Source: an uncultured delta proteobacterium (GTDB lineage: Bacteria > Desulfobacterota > RBG-13-43-22). From it: 64,000 nucleotides of DNA. Both the position numbers and the translations under genes were made by a program. The stretch spans positions 544,001 through 608,000 of the forward strand of contig CAWJJC010000028.1 in the NCBI GenBank assembly GCA_963843145.1. The letters run 5' to 3'. This document shows positions 1-9,421 of this stretch, in pieces. The notes beneath the pieces are model-generated. The model did not search any database, was not told the DNA's origin, and worked only from the letters and a program-made list of their open reading frames with translations. Every line of letters begins with the position of its first letter. The first letter of the stretch is position 1.

Positions 1-786
1 CACCAGGCCGATCACCAGGGCGCCGGCCGCCCCGATTCCTCCGGCCTGGGTGGGGGTAAACCAGCCCCAAAACAGTCCCCCGATCACCAGGCCGAATAAG
101 AGAACGGATTCTCCGGCGTTTAAGGTCGCTTTTATCTTCACCCGCCAGGGTACCGAGTCCCCCCGGGGGGCCATCTCCGGATGGCGCCAGCAGATGAAGG
201 CCACGGTCAGGACGAACAGGAAGGTCAGGATCAGGCCGGGGATGATCCCGGCCACAAAGAGCTTGCCGATGGATTGCTCGGTGATGATGCCATAGACCAG
301 AAAGATGGTGCTGGGAGGGATCAGGATCCCCAAGGCCCCGGCGCTGGCGACACAGCCGGCGGCCAGCGTATCGGCATAGCCATAGCGTTTCATCTCGGGC
401 AGGGCGATCTTGCCGATGGTGGCGGCGGTGGCGGCGGTGGAACCGCAGATGGCGGCAAACCCCCCGCAGGCCAGGACCGTGGCGATGGTCAAGCCCCCCC
501 GCAGGCTGCCCATCAGGGCATAAGCGGCATCATAGAGTCTTTTCCCGATCCCGGCCGCGAAGGAGAAAGAACCCATGAGGATAAACATGGGGATGGCGCT
601 CAGCGGGAAGGAAGAGAATTGTTCAAAAATATCCCGGGCCAGCAGCTTGCAAGCCGCCGGAAAGGAAACCAGGACGGAAAAGCCCGCCAAACCGACAAAG
701 GCCATGGCAAAGGCGACGGGTAAACGGATTAAAAAGAGAAAGACCAGAAAGACGATGCCCAGGAGTCCAAGGCTAACGGGATCCAT
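1..786 (-). CDS. dctM: TRAP transporter large permease (DctM family), 3' end runs off the window
   Basis: Manual minus-strand translation from ATG at 786: MDPVSLGLLGIVFLVFLFLIRLPVAFAMAL...AIPMFILMG...GSTAATAATIG...LGILIPPSTIFLVYG...FTPTQAG; follows dctP/dctQ. Confidence 0.9.
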   Translation of the reverse strand, partial: MDPVSLGLLGIVFLVFLFLIRLPVAFAMAFVGLAGFSVLVSFPAACKLLARDIFEQFSSFPLSAIPMFILMGSFSFAAGIGKRLYDAAYALMGSLRGGLTIATVLACGGFAAICGSTAATAATIGKIALPEMKRYGYADTLAAGCVASAGALGILIPPSTIFLVYGIITEQSIGKLFVAGIIPGLILTFLFVLTVAFICWRHPEMAPRGDSVPWRVKIKATLNAGESVLLFGLVIGGLFWGWFTPTQAGGIGAAGALVIGLV

Positions 787-1288
787 GCTTCACCACCTGG
801 GACAAGGACTGGACCACTTCCAAAAGAAAAACCAGACAGACGGGCACGGCCGAGAGCGCGATCAAAAAGGCAAAGGGGTAAAAGGGGACCCGGGAGGTGG
901 ACCCGATTTCCCCGGCTTTCAGCAGGGACTGACCGTAGAGCAGGCTCTGCCAGGCCAGCAGGGCAAAAACCGCCAGCCCCAGCAGGGAGCTGAAAGCGCT
1001 GATCAGTCCCCGGGGTCGGGGAGATAACCGGTCTAACAGGAAGTCCACCCGGATATGCTGGCCTTTCAAAAGGACGTAGGCGATCGGCGGGGCGATGGCC
1101 ACTACCTGAAAAAAGCCAATCACTTCGACGGCCCCGGGCATCGGCCAAAGAAGCAGTTTCGCCCCGACCACATCGACCAGATTGACCACAAACATGGCCA
1201 GAAAGCCAAACAACCCCACCCATTCCAAGGAGCGGCTCAGCGTGGTAATGAGCCGCTCCAGGGTACCTTGACGGTTGAGCACTTCCAT
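773..1288 (-). CDS. dctQ: TRAP transporter small permease (DctQ family)
   Basis: 171 aa, four hydrophobic segments, GQHIRVDFL motif, lies between dctP and dctM. Confidence 0.9.
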   Translation of the reverse strand: MEVLNRQGTLERLITTLSRSLEWVGLFGFLAMFVVNLVDVVGAKLLLWPMPGAVEVIGFFQVVAIAPPIAYVLLKGQHIRVDFLLDRLSPRPRGLISAFSSLLGLAVFALLAWQSLLYGQSLLKAGEIGSTSRVPFYPFAFLIALSAVPVCLVFLLEVVQSLSQVVKHGSR

Positions 1289-1302
1289 GGGGTTCCGTGG
1301 CC

Positions 1303-2370
1303 CTATTTCACCCGCACGGCGGCCGGACCGGTGGCGGACTTGACCCCCGCTTCGATTTGCTTTTTGGTCCAGAAATCGATCCGTTGTCCGATGAAGTCCA
1401 GCCAGCTCCGGACTTCCGGCTCCGGGTAGCCGACGCCGACCATGGATTTGACGTACTTATCCAGGACCGGATGCACGGCTTGCTTCCAGCGCGTGACCTG
1501 GTCCGGGGACAACTCCGAAATCTTCAGCCCTTTTTCCAGACCGTATTTTTTGCCATCGGTATCGGCGTTGTTCCACATGACCGCGAATTTTTCTTCGAAG
1601 GGATATTCATTGAAAATCTTTTGGATGTCGGGCGGAAGCTTGGCCCAGACCTCCTTGTTCATGATCAGGTAAAAGGTATACACCTGGCCGATAGGCCAAC
1701 ATTCCGTGGCGTATTTGGCCACCTCGGCCAACCGAAAGGCCCGCAGGGTTTCCATGGGGATCAGCAACCCGTCGATCACATGTTTGCTGACCGCTTCATA
1801 GGCCTCCGGCATGGGGATGGCCCGGGCCGTCCCGCCCAGGGCCGTGACCGATTCGGCGATATACCCCAGTCCCCGCAGCGTCATGCCCTTCAGGTCTTCC
1901 AATTTCATTACCGGCTTGGTGGCCGACAGGACCACGTTCGGCGGGCTGGTATGCATGGAGAGCATATGAATCTTGTCCCATTCCTTGGGTTTGAATTTCC
2001 GGAAATAATCGTTGGCCACATGATTGGCCACCCAGGCATCGGGAAAGCCGATGGGCAGGTCCAGGGCTTCGGTCTCCTTGAAACGACCAAAGGTATAGGC
2101 GACGTTGGAAAGTCCGATATCCCCGATCCCTTCCACGACCCCGTCGTACATCTTAGGGGCGCTGAGCAGGGTGCCTCCGGGGAAATAGCGGAACTTCACC
2201 CGGCCGCCCGTTCGGGCCTCCAGGTCTTTGATCATTTCTTCGCAAATCTTGGATTGATTCGAGGGGGCCGGAAAGTAATTGCAGAATTTCAACTCGATGG
2301 CCGCCGAGGCGAGGGAAGGTACCACCAAACCCAAAACCAGTAGACAGGAAACAAATAGCTTCTTGCTCAT
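1303..2370 (-). CDS. dctP: TRAP transporter substrate-binding protein (DctP family)
   Basis: Signal peptide; TGGRVKFRYFPGGTL, LEDLKGMTLRG and PMPEAYEAVSKHVIDG motifs. Confidence 0.9.
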   Translation of the reverse strand: MSKKLFVSCLLVLGLVVPSLASAAIELKFCNYFPAPSNQSKICEEMIKDLEARTGGRVKFRYFPGGTLLSAPKMYDGVVEGIGDIGLSNVAYTFGRFKETEALDLPIGFPDAWVANHVANDYFRKFKPKEWDKIHMLSMHTSPPNVVLSATKPVMKLEDLKGMTLRGLGYIAESVTALGGTARAIPMPEAYEAVSKHVIDGLLIPMETLRAFRLAEVAKYATECWPIGQVYTFYLIMNKEVWAKLPPDIQKIFNEYPFEEKFAVMWNNADTDGKKYGLEKGLKISELSPDQVTRWKQAVHPVLDKYVKSMVGVGYPEPEVRSWLDFIGQRIDFWTKKQIEAGVKSATGPAAVRVK

Positions 2371-2516
2371 GACTGTAAACCTCCTGGGAATAAGATGAAT
2401 GGAATGGGAGTTGCCTCACTTTTCCAATAAAGGGAATCGAACACCCGATTGGTTGGCGATTGAAAACCGATTTCACCTCCTCTCCAGCCGATTTGTTGAA
2501 CCGAAAAAGAGGCGGA

Positions 2517-4190
2517 CTATTCCTGCCTTTCCCGCCGCAGTTTTTCCTGGATGATTTCTCTTAACCGTTTTTTGTCCACTTTCCCCACCGGGGTCAAGGG
2601 AAGTTCCTCAACCGTTTCCAACCGTTCGGGGAAAAAGAGGACGGAAACTTTCTGCCGCCTAAGATAGGAAAGGATGTCTTCCAGGGTGATGGCCGCCCCT
2701 TTACTGGGTTTGACAAAGGCACAGACTTTTTCCCCGAAAGTCGGGTCAGACATTCCCACCACCGACACCTGTTCCACTTGAGGATGGCCGCCGACCAACT
2801 CCTCCACTTCCCGGGCGCCGATATTTTCTCCCCCGCGGATGATGATGTCCTTGCGGCGACCGGTCAGGATGATCCGGCCTTCCGGGTCGAAGCGGGCGAT
2901 GTCCCCGGTTCGAAAAAATCCGTCCGGGGTAAAGGCCAGACGGTTTTCTTCCTCCGAACGATAGTAGCCTCGAAAGATGCAGGGGCCTCTGGTCACCAGC
3001 TCACCTTCAGCCGTTGGGGGCAGATCCTGGCCGGCCGGGTCGATTAATTTGAATTCATCGTAGGGGCAAATGGGCCGACCGACCGATTGCCGGACAGCCT
3101 CATCCGGATCTTCATAACGGGTTTGGGCACAGGGTCCTTCAGAGCTCCCATAGACATTGTAGAATTTGCACCCGATCCGATCCCTGACCCGCTGGACCAG
3201 TTCGGCGGGCACGTGGGATCCGGCCCCGGCAATGACCTGCAAGGATGAAAGGTTGAATTCCTTTAAGTCCGGATAGTCGAGGATCGCGTGAAGCTGGGCG
3301 ACCACCAGGATGGTGGTGGTTATCCGCTCCCGCTCAATGGCCTCTAAAATCTCTTTCGGGCGCGTAGAGGGGAGAAGGACTACTTTTCCGCCAAAGAGAA
3401 TCGTGGGATTCAAGGAAACTTCTATCGCCATATTGTGGGTCAGGGGGGTGGCGATCAGGGTAATATCGCGGGCACTTCGCTCCCAGGCCCTGGCTCGGAA
3501 TTCCACATTGCACAGAAAGTCGTTATGGGTCCGGGGGACTATCTTCGGTCGGCCGGTCGTTCCCCCGGTAGGCATCAAATGACAGATTTCGCCGGGCTCG
3601 GGTTTAAAGGAAGGCAGATGGTCCGCTGGAACCGAAGCCGGGTCCGAGCAGTTAAGAAGATGGTTAAAGGAGAGCGTCCCGCTGGGGAGGGGCCCGTCGT
3701 AGGTCGGGGAAGGGGGGATCACCAGCATTTTTTCCAGGGAAGGGCATCGGGATTGAAGGCCCTGGATCAGCGCTTCATAATCGGTCTTCTCGAAACGGAG
3801 GGGGCCGATCCAGGCCCGGGATTCGGTGACGGCGGCAAAATGTTCCATTTCCCGGAGCGAGTAGCGGGGGAGGCAAAAGACGGGGATGGCCCCGATCTTT
3901 TGCAGCCCGAAATAGGCAAAAACGAATTCCGGCCAATTGGGAAGTTGCAGGAGGACCCGGTCCAGCCGGCCCAGGCCGGCTTCCAGAAAGGCCAAAGCGG
4001 CCCGGTCGCTCCACTCCCGAAGTTGGAGGTAGGTGAACCGTCTTTCACCGGCGACCAGGGCCTCTTTGGTGGGATAGAGGTCCGTGGTCCTATCCAACAT
4101 CTCCCCGAAGGTTATTCCGGGCCACCAGTGGTTTTTTAAATAGCGGTCGGCATATTCCGGAGGATACGTTGGGGCGCCGGGCAGTTGCAT
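2517..4190 (-). CDS. AMP-forming aryl/acyl-CoA ligase, DhbE/2,3-dihydroxybenzoate-AMP ligase-like
   Basis: TGGTTGRPKIVPRTHND P-loop, YGSSEG, GFFRTGD, RKDIIIRGGENI, LPLTPVGKVDKK. Confidence 0.85.
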   Translation of the reverse strand: MQLPGAPTYPPEYADRYLKNHWWPGITFGEMLDRTTDLYPTKEALVAGERRFTYLQLREWSDRAALAFLEAGLGRLDRVLLQLPNWPEFVFAYFGLQKIGAIPVFCLPRYSLREMEHFAAVTESRAWIGPLRFEKTDYEALIQGLQSRCPSLEKMLVIPPSPTYDGPLPSGTLSFNHLLNCSDPASVPADHLPSFKPEPGEICHLMPTGGTTGRPKIVPRTHNDFLCNVEFRARAWERSARDITLIATPLTHNMAIEVSLNPTILFGGKVVLLPSTRPKEILEAIERERITTTILVVAQLHAILDYPDLKEFNLSSLQVIAGAGSHVPAELVQRVRDRIGCKFYNVYGSSEGPCAQTRYEDPDEAVRQSVGRPICPYDEFKLIDPAGQDLPPTAEGELVTRGPCIFRGYYRSEEENRLAFTPDGFFRTGDIARFDPEGRIILTGRRKDIIIRGGENIGAREVEELVGGHPQVEQVSVVGMSDPTFGEKVCAFVKPSKGAAITLEDILSYLRRQKVSVLFFPERLETVEELPLTPVGKVDKKRLREIIQEKLRRERQE

Positions 4191-4204
4191 GTCGATATAC
4201 CCTT

Positions 4205-4372
4205 TCTTAGATGACGGACTCGGAAAAGTCCGTCAGCAGCCCGAGCGCGATTAAGCGCCGGGCTGGGGTAGGGGTGGGACCATTTGAATTCACTTCAAAT
4301 GGCGGGGGAGGGGAAGCCCTCCCCCGACGAGCAGAAAGTCGTTTTTTGACTTTTGCGAGGTCATCTTAGATG
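4205..4372. mobile_element. MITE-like repeat with ...CGGAAAAGTC / GACTTTTGCG... ends, flanked by the 9-bp direct repeat TCTTAGATG
   Basis: TCTTAGATG at 4205-4213 and 4364-4372; internal hairpins; a shorter homolog lies inverted at 9006-9075. Confidence 0.6.
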
Positions 4373-4470
4373 GATCGGTGCTTGTTAGGAGACGGTTTCA
4401 GTCGGTCTTTTTCAATCCGGAGGAAGACCCCATCGGCACTGCTTCCCAGAGTATAGCCCAAGAGAATAGC

Positions 4471-6755
4471 TTATTTCTTCTCCCGGCGCAAAGCCTCCAG
4501 GATATTCTCCGGTGTTACCGGGAGTTCCATGAAATCGACCCCGATGGCGTCATAAATGGCGTTGACGATGGCCGGGGCCGGGGACAACTGAGTCCCTTCA
4601 CCCGCTTCTTTGGCCCCGAAAGGCCCGACCGGGTCGTCGGTCTCTATATCGATGGCCCCGATTTCCGGCATCTCCATAAAAGTGGGGAAACCGTAGTCCA
4701 GAAAGGAGGGGTTCATCACCTGTCCCTTTTCCACGATGATGTTTTCATAAAGGGCCTGGCCCATGCCGCCGACCACGGAGCCTTCCAGTTGCCCCTCCAC
4801 CAACATGGGGTTGATGGCCCGGCCGCAGTCATGGGCGGTGACCATCTTCAGGAGCTTGATTTTACCGGTATCCAGGTCCACCTCCACTTCGGCGGCTTGG
4901 GTCATGAAGGAATAGCTGGGGGCGAAGTTGCCGTCCTGCTGGAACAGGGTGGTCGGTTCGGTGGACGGAGCAAACCAGGCGGCCCGGCCCACGATGGGCA
5001 TCGGCAAATCGGCATATTGATAGCCCTTGATGGCCTTCTTCAAGGACATCCCGCGGTCCGGCGAGCCGTTGACAAAGATCATCCGGTCCCGGGCCACCAG
5101 ATCCTCCGGGCTAGCCTCCAACTTGTCGGCCACGAATTGGAAGAGTTTGCCCCGCACTTCCTCGGCCGCCAGACGGGCGGCATTCCCGGCCCGCACCGTG
5201 ACCCCGCTGCCGAAGGTGCCGGGGTCCAGCGGCGTCAGCCCGGTATCGGCGGCGGTGATCCGGATGTCCTCCAAGGTTACGCCGAGCACCTCGGCCACGA
5301 TCTGGGAGATGACCGTTTCCGCACCCTGACCGATGTCCGCGGCCCCTGAAAGGACGTTAACGGCCCCGTCCTGACCCATCTGGACCACCGAGCCGGAGCT
5401 GATGTGGCTCATGTTGCTGACCCCGCTGGGAAAGGAGGCGCCGGCCAGGCCCACCCCTCTCCCCCGGGGGAGTTTTCCCCGTTTCTCTTTCCAGCCGATG
5501 GCTTCGGCCGCCAGTTTCAAGGAGTCGTAAAAGCCGCAGGAGTTGATAATGAATTTGGCCGGGTGGGGTTCCCCGGCATGGATGCTGTTTTTCAGCCGCA
5601 GCTCCACCGGGTCCACCCCGATTCGTTCGGCGATCAGATCCAACTGGCGTTCCACGGCGAAACGGGCCTGGGGAATACCATGCCCCCGCATGGCCCCGCC
5701 CACCGGTTTATTGGTGTAGACATGATGGCCTTCGTAGATCAGGTTGGGTACCCGGTAGGGGATCATCAGAAAGTAGCAGGAAAGGGCCATCATCGTCGGG
5801 GCGGTGCTATTGAAGGCCCCGCCGTCGGCATGGGCCAGGAACTGCTGACCCATGATGGTCCCGTCCTTCTTCACGCCCGTCTTGACCGTAATGTACATGG
5901 GGTGTCGTTGCCGGGTGGAGATGAAAACCTCTTCCCGGTCGTAGAGGAACTTCACGGGTTTACCGGTCTGGCGGGCGAACCAGGCCGCGCAGAAATCCTT
6001 GGCGAACATGTCGATCTTCTGGCCGAAACCGCCCCCCACCTTGGGCTTGATCACCCGGACCTTGCTCTCGGGGATCATCAAAGTGAAGGCCAGGTTCCGG
6101 CGCAGGAAAAAGGGGATCTGGGTGGAGGAATAGAGGATAATTTCCCCTTTGAGCGGATCGTATTGAGCAACGGCGGCATGCGGCTCCAGGGGGGCATGAT
6201 TGACCGCCTGGGAATAGAACCGGTCTTCAAAAACGAAGTCGCTTTCCTGAAAGGCCTTTTCCACATTCCCGAATTCCTTGCGGATGGAAAAAGAGGTGTT
6301 GTTGGGCGACCCCGTCGTGGATCGATGGGCGCTCCTTCCTTAATGGCCTCCAGGGGGTCGAAGACGGCGGGGAGTTCCTCATAGTCCACCCGGATCAGCT
6401 CCAAGGCTTCTTCGGCAATCTCCGGGTCCAGGGCACAGACGGCGGCCACGTCATCACCAATGTAGCGCACTTTTCCCCGGGCCAGGGCGTGCTCGTCATG
6501 GGCCTTGGGGACGATGCCGTAGACGCGGTCCGGAATATCCTCTCCGGTCACTACCCCTTTTACGCCGGGGAGCTTCTCGGCCCGGGAGGTGTCGATGTGA
6601 AGTATCCGGGCGTGGGCCAAGGGGCTCCGTAAGATTTTTCCGTGCAACATCCCCGGCAAGAGGATATCGTCCGTGAACTGGGCCGTGCCTTTAGCCTTGG
6701 CGGCCGCGTCGTGCATCGGCAATCGTTGACCGACTACGTTGAATGTTGTTCCCAT
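4471..6755 (-). CDS. hcrA: Xanthine dehydrogenase family molybdopterin-binding subunit, 4-hydroxybenzoyl-CoA reductase alpha-like; frameshifted near 6300-6325
   Basis: N-terminus (ILRSPLAHARI, VRYIGDDVAAV) in ORF 6078-6755 and the rest (GGGFG, GAMRGHG, GPFGAKEAGE) in ORF 4471-6264; junction restores as ...IHDGV.NNTSFSIRKEFGNVEK. Confidence 0.7.
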
Positions 6756-7232
6756 TTAGGCCTCCTTCCCGGTCGGCGTCCGGACGCTCATCACCGCCTC
6801 AACCACTTTTTTATAGCCGGTGCAGCGGCAGAGATTGCCCGCCATTTTTTTCTTGATGGTTTCCTCGGTGGGCCGGGGATCTTCCTGCAATATGGCCTGG
6901 GCGGTGAGGATCATGCCCGGCGTGCAGAATCCACATTGCAGCGCTCCCTGGTCCACAAAGGCCTGCTGCAGGGGATGGAGTTCCCCGGTTTCGCTCAGAC
7001 CCTCGATGGTGGTTATTTGTTTTCCCACGGCATCCAGGGCCAGCATCAGGCAGGAAAGAGCGGCCTCCCCGTCGATCAGGACCGTACAGGCCCCGCAGGC
7101 CCCCAGGTCGCAGCCCCGCTTAGTACCCATCAGCCCCAGTTTTTCCCGTAAGACCTCCAATAAGGTATTATTGGGGGAAACCAGGATCTCGTAGTGGTCT
7201 CCGTTGATCTGAAGTTCGATGGCGGTTTTCAT
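6756..7232 (-). CDS. hcrC: 2x[2Fe-2S] small subunit (HcrC/CoxS-like)
   Basis: GTKRGCDLGACGACTV, QCGFCTPG, GNLCRCTGY. Confidence 0.75.
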   Translation of the reverse strand: MKTAIELQINGDHYEILVSPNNTLLEVLREKLGLMGTKRGCDLGACGACTVLIDGEAALSCLMLALDAVGKQITTIEGLSETGELHPLQQAFVDQGALQCGFCTPGMILTAQAILQEDPRPTEETIKKKMAGNLCRCTGYKKVVEAVMSVRTPTGKEA

Positions 7233-8197
7233 CTATTCATCTCCTTTTTCAGCACGCTGCGCAGCAGGCGGCCCATCAGCGTTCTTTTATAAGACGGCGC
7301 ATAAAGGGAATTCTTGACCGGGGAGGCGTCTTTGGGGGCTAATTGCGCGGCTTCCTCCACGACTTCCGGGGTAAGAGATTTGCCGTTTAGAAAGGCTTCC
7401 ACCTGCCGGCCTCTGACCGGGCGGCGGTCCACAGCGGTGAAGGCGAGGCGGTATTCCTTTTTATCCGGGGAGGCGTGAAAGGCCAGCCCGACGATCGGGA
7501 AATCGATGCTTTCCCGGTTGGCGAATTTGACGTAGTTCGAAAAACCCCCCGTCGAAGTCGCGGGGACCATGACTTCGGTTAAAATCTCCCCCCGTTCCAA
7601 GGACAGGGGGGCTCGGCCGTCTCCGGAAAAAAAGTCTTGCAAAAGAACCTCGCGCGATCGCTTCCGGCCCTTTAAAAGAACCTTGGCCTCCAGGACCAAG
7701 AGGGCCGGGGCCAGGTCCCCGCAGTAACTGGAATAGCAGGCCTCCTGCTTCTGGACCACGTGGCAGACGTTCCCGCCCACCTTGAAGCAGGGGGCATTGG
7801 CGCTACGCCACCATTGAGACTGGTTGAAGAACTTGCAGCGATTCTGCTGGCAGAGATTCCCGCCGATAGTCCCCATGACCTGATGATGATAGGAACCCAC
7901 CGCCGAGGCGGCCTGGACCAGAACCGGCGCGGATTCCGAGATCGTCGGGTCCTGATAAATTTTTTTGAGGGGTGTCAGGGCGCCGATCCTCAGGGCGTCC
8001 TTCTCCGGCCGGATATAGTCAAGGCCTTTAATTTTTTTAATATTCACCAGGGTCGTCGGCAGTTCGACCCGATGTTTCATATTAACCAGCAGGTCCGTTC
8101 CGCCGGCGAACACCTTGGCCCCCGGGTCGTCCAAAAGCAGGGAAGAGGCTTCTTCGAGGCTTTCGGGCTCCAGATAGTTGAATTTTGGCAGTCTCAC
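7229..8197 (-). CDS. hcrB: FAD-binding subunit with [4Fe-4S] insertion (HcrB-like)
   Basis: AGGTDL; TIGGNLCQQNRC-x-NQSQWWR-x-C-x-C-x-C insert characteristic of HcrB. Confidence 0.75.
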   Translation of the reverse strand: MRLPKFNYLEPESLEEASSLLLDDPGAKVFAGGTDLLVNMKHRVELPTTLVNIKKIKGLDYIRPEKDALRIGALTPLKKIYQDPTISESAPVLVQAASAVGSYHHQVMGTIGGNLCQQNRCKFFNQSQWWRSANAPCFKVGGNVCHVVQKQEACYSSYCGDLAPALLVLEAKVLLKGRKRSREVLLQDFFSGDGRAPLSLERGEILTEVMVPATSTGGFSNYVKFANRESIDFPIVGLAFHASPDKKEYRLAFTAVDRRPVRGRQVEAFLNGKSLTPEVVEEAAQLAPKDASPVKNSLYAPSYKRTLMGRLLRSVLKKEMNR

Positions 8198-8209
8198 CGC
8201 GTCCTCCTT

Positions 8210-8998
8210 TTATCGAGAAAAAAGGGTTTCAATTCTTAATCCTATTTCTTTCAAACTTTTTTTGAATTCAGGGATCCGCCCAGCGCTGATTTGACTTTTC
8301 AGGCCCACTACCCAAATGGCGGCCTGCACATCGGGTCGACCCAAATCAAGGGGAATGGCCAGGGAACGGATTCCCTCCAGGTATTCTTCATCGTCCAAAG
8401 CAAAACGATCCGCGGCGGCTTTTTGGACCATTTGTTTGTAGGCTTGAGGGCGGGTGCAGGTGTGCGAGGTAAATTTTCTGAGGTTCTTCTCCACCAGGAT
8501 TTCATCCAGTAGCTCCTCGGGGAGCAAGGACAACAGCGCCTTTCCGTGGGAGCCGGCGATCAAGGGGATTTTCATGCCCTTGGCTGAAGACAACCTGATG
8601 TCGTTAGGGGAATCCACCTTATCCATAATCACCGCCTTCAGATTGGAGCGCAGGCCTAAGAAGACGGAGAGATTTGTCTTTCTGTTGATTTCTTCCAGGA
8701 AGGGCCGAATTTTGGAAATAAGCAGTCCCCCGGCATTCGATTCCCGACTCAGGTCGTGGAGTTTCAGCCCCAGTCGCACTTTATTCCCGGGGACGGTCTC
8801 GAGAATTCCCAGATCCACCAAGGTGTAGATAAGGTTGAAGACGGTGCTCTTGTTCAAATTTAAGGGGCTGGAAATCTCGGTGACACCTAAAGCGGTTCGG
8901 GAGTTCGCCAAAAACTCCAAGATCCGAAAGCATTTGTCCAGAGCCGGAACCCGCTTGAATTGTGTTTTTTTCTTTTCTGGTTGGACTATCATAATCAC
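8210..8998 (-). CDS. IclR family transcriptional regulator
   Basis: VPALDKCFRILEFL N-terminus, HTH LNKSTVFNL, GSHGKALL, DDEEYLEGIRSLAIP. Confidence 0.9.
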   Translation of the reverse strand: MIMIVQPEKKKTQFKRVPALDKCFRILEFLANSRTALGVTEISSPLNLNKSTVFNLIYTLVDLGILETVPGNKVRLGLKLHDLSRESNAGGLLISKIRPFLEEINRKTNLSVFLGLRSNLKAVIMDKVDSPNDIRLSSAKGMKIPLIAGSHGKALLSLLPEELLDEILVEKNLRKFTSHTCTRPQAYKQMVQKAAADRFALDDEEYLEGIRSLAIPLDLGRPDVQAAIWVVGLKSQISAGRIPEFKKSLKEIGLRIETLFSR

Positions 8999-9005
8999 AA
9001 TAGGT

Positions 9006-9075
9006 AACCTCGCAAAAAGTCAAAAAGCGACTTTCTGCAGCCCGGCGCTTATTCGCGCTCGGGCTGTTGACGGAC
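9006..9075. repeat. Internally deleted, inverted copy of the 4.2-kb MITE-like element
   Basis: ACCTCGCAAAAAGTCAAAAAGCGACTTTCTGC plus CAGCCCGGCGCTTATTCGCGCTCGGGCTG match the reverse complement of 4331-4361 and about 4227-4265. Confidence 0.7.
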
Positions 9076-9224
9076 GTATTGAGAGTCCGCCCCAATATAT
9101 TCTCTATAGAAAACTTATAATTTCTATTTAGAACAACTTTTCAGGAATGTCAAGAAAAAGCGCCTGGGTTTAAATTTGATTTATTTTTTCCAGGCGTCGT
9201 TGTAGTATCACCTTTTCGTTTTTC

Positions 9225-9348
9225 GCAGGGCCGGCGACCCCGCCGGCCGGCTGGGTGAGGGATAAGGTTCCCTGCCCATCCAAGGTAAGGCTCCGGCTCC
9301 GGTGGCCAAATCCGGCCCTGGTTTGGGCGGCGGGGTCGCCGCCCCTAC
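9225..9348. repeat. GTAG-type REP doublet (REPIN-like)
   Basis: GCAGGGCCGGCGACCCCGCCGGCC at 9225 and an inverted GTAGGGGCGGCGACCCCGCCGCCC ending at 9348. Confidence 0.6.
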
Positions 9349-9421
9349 GAAGAGTACTTCGTCATTCGAGATTCGGAGTTGGCTATTCGAAATTCGTTTC
9401 TATTTTCATGCTAAAGTTAGG

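Noticed and set aside
1297-6384. Long plus-strand ORFs (1297-2343, 4378-5349, 5404-6384) and similar antisense ORFs elsewhere
   Set aside because: Shadow frames of GC-rich genes on the opposite strand with no recognisable motifs
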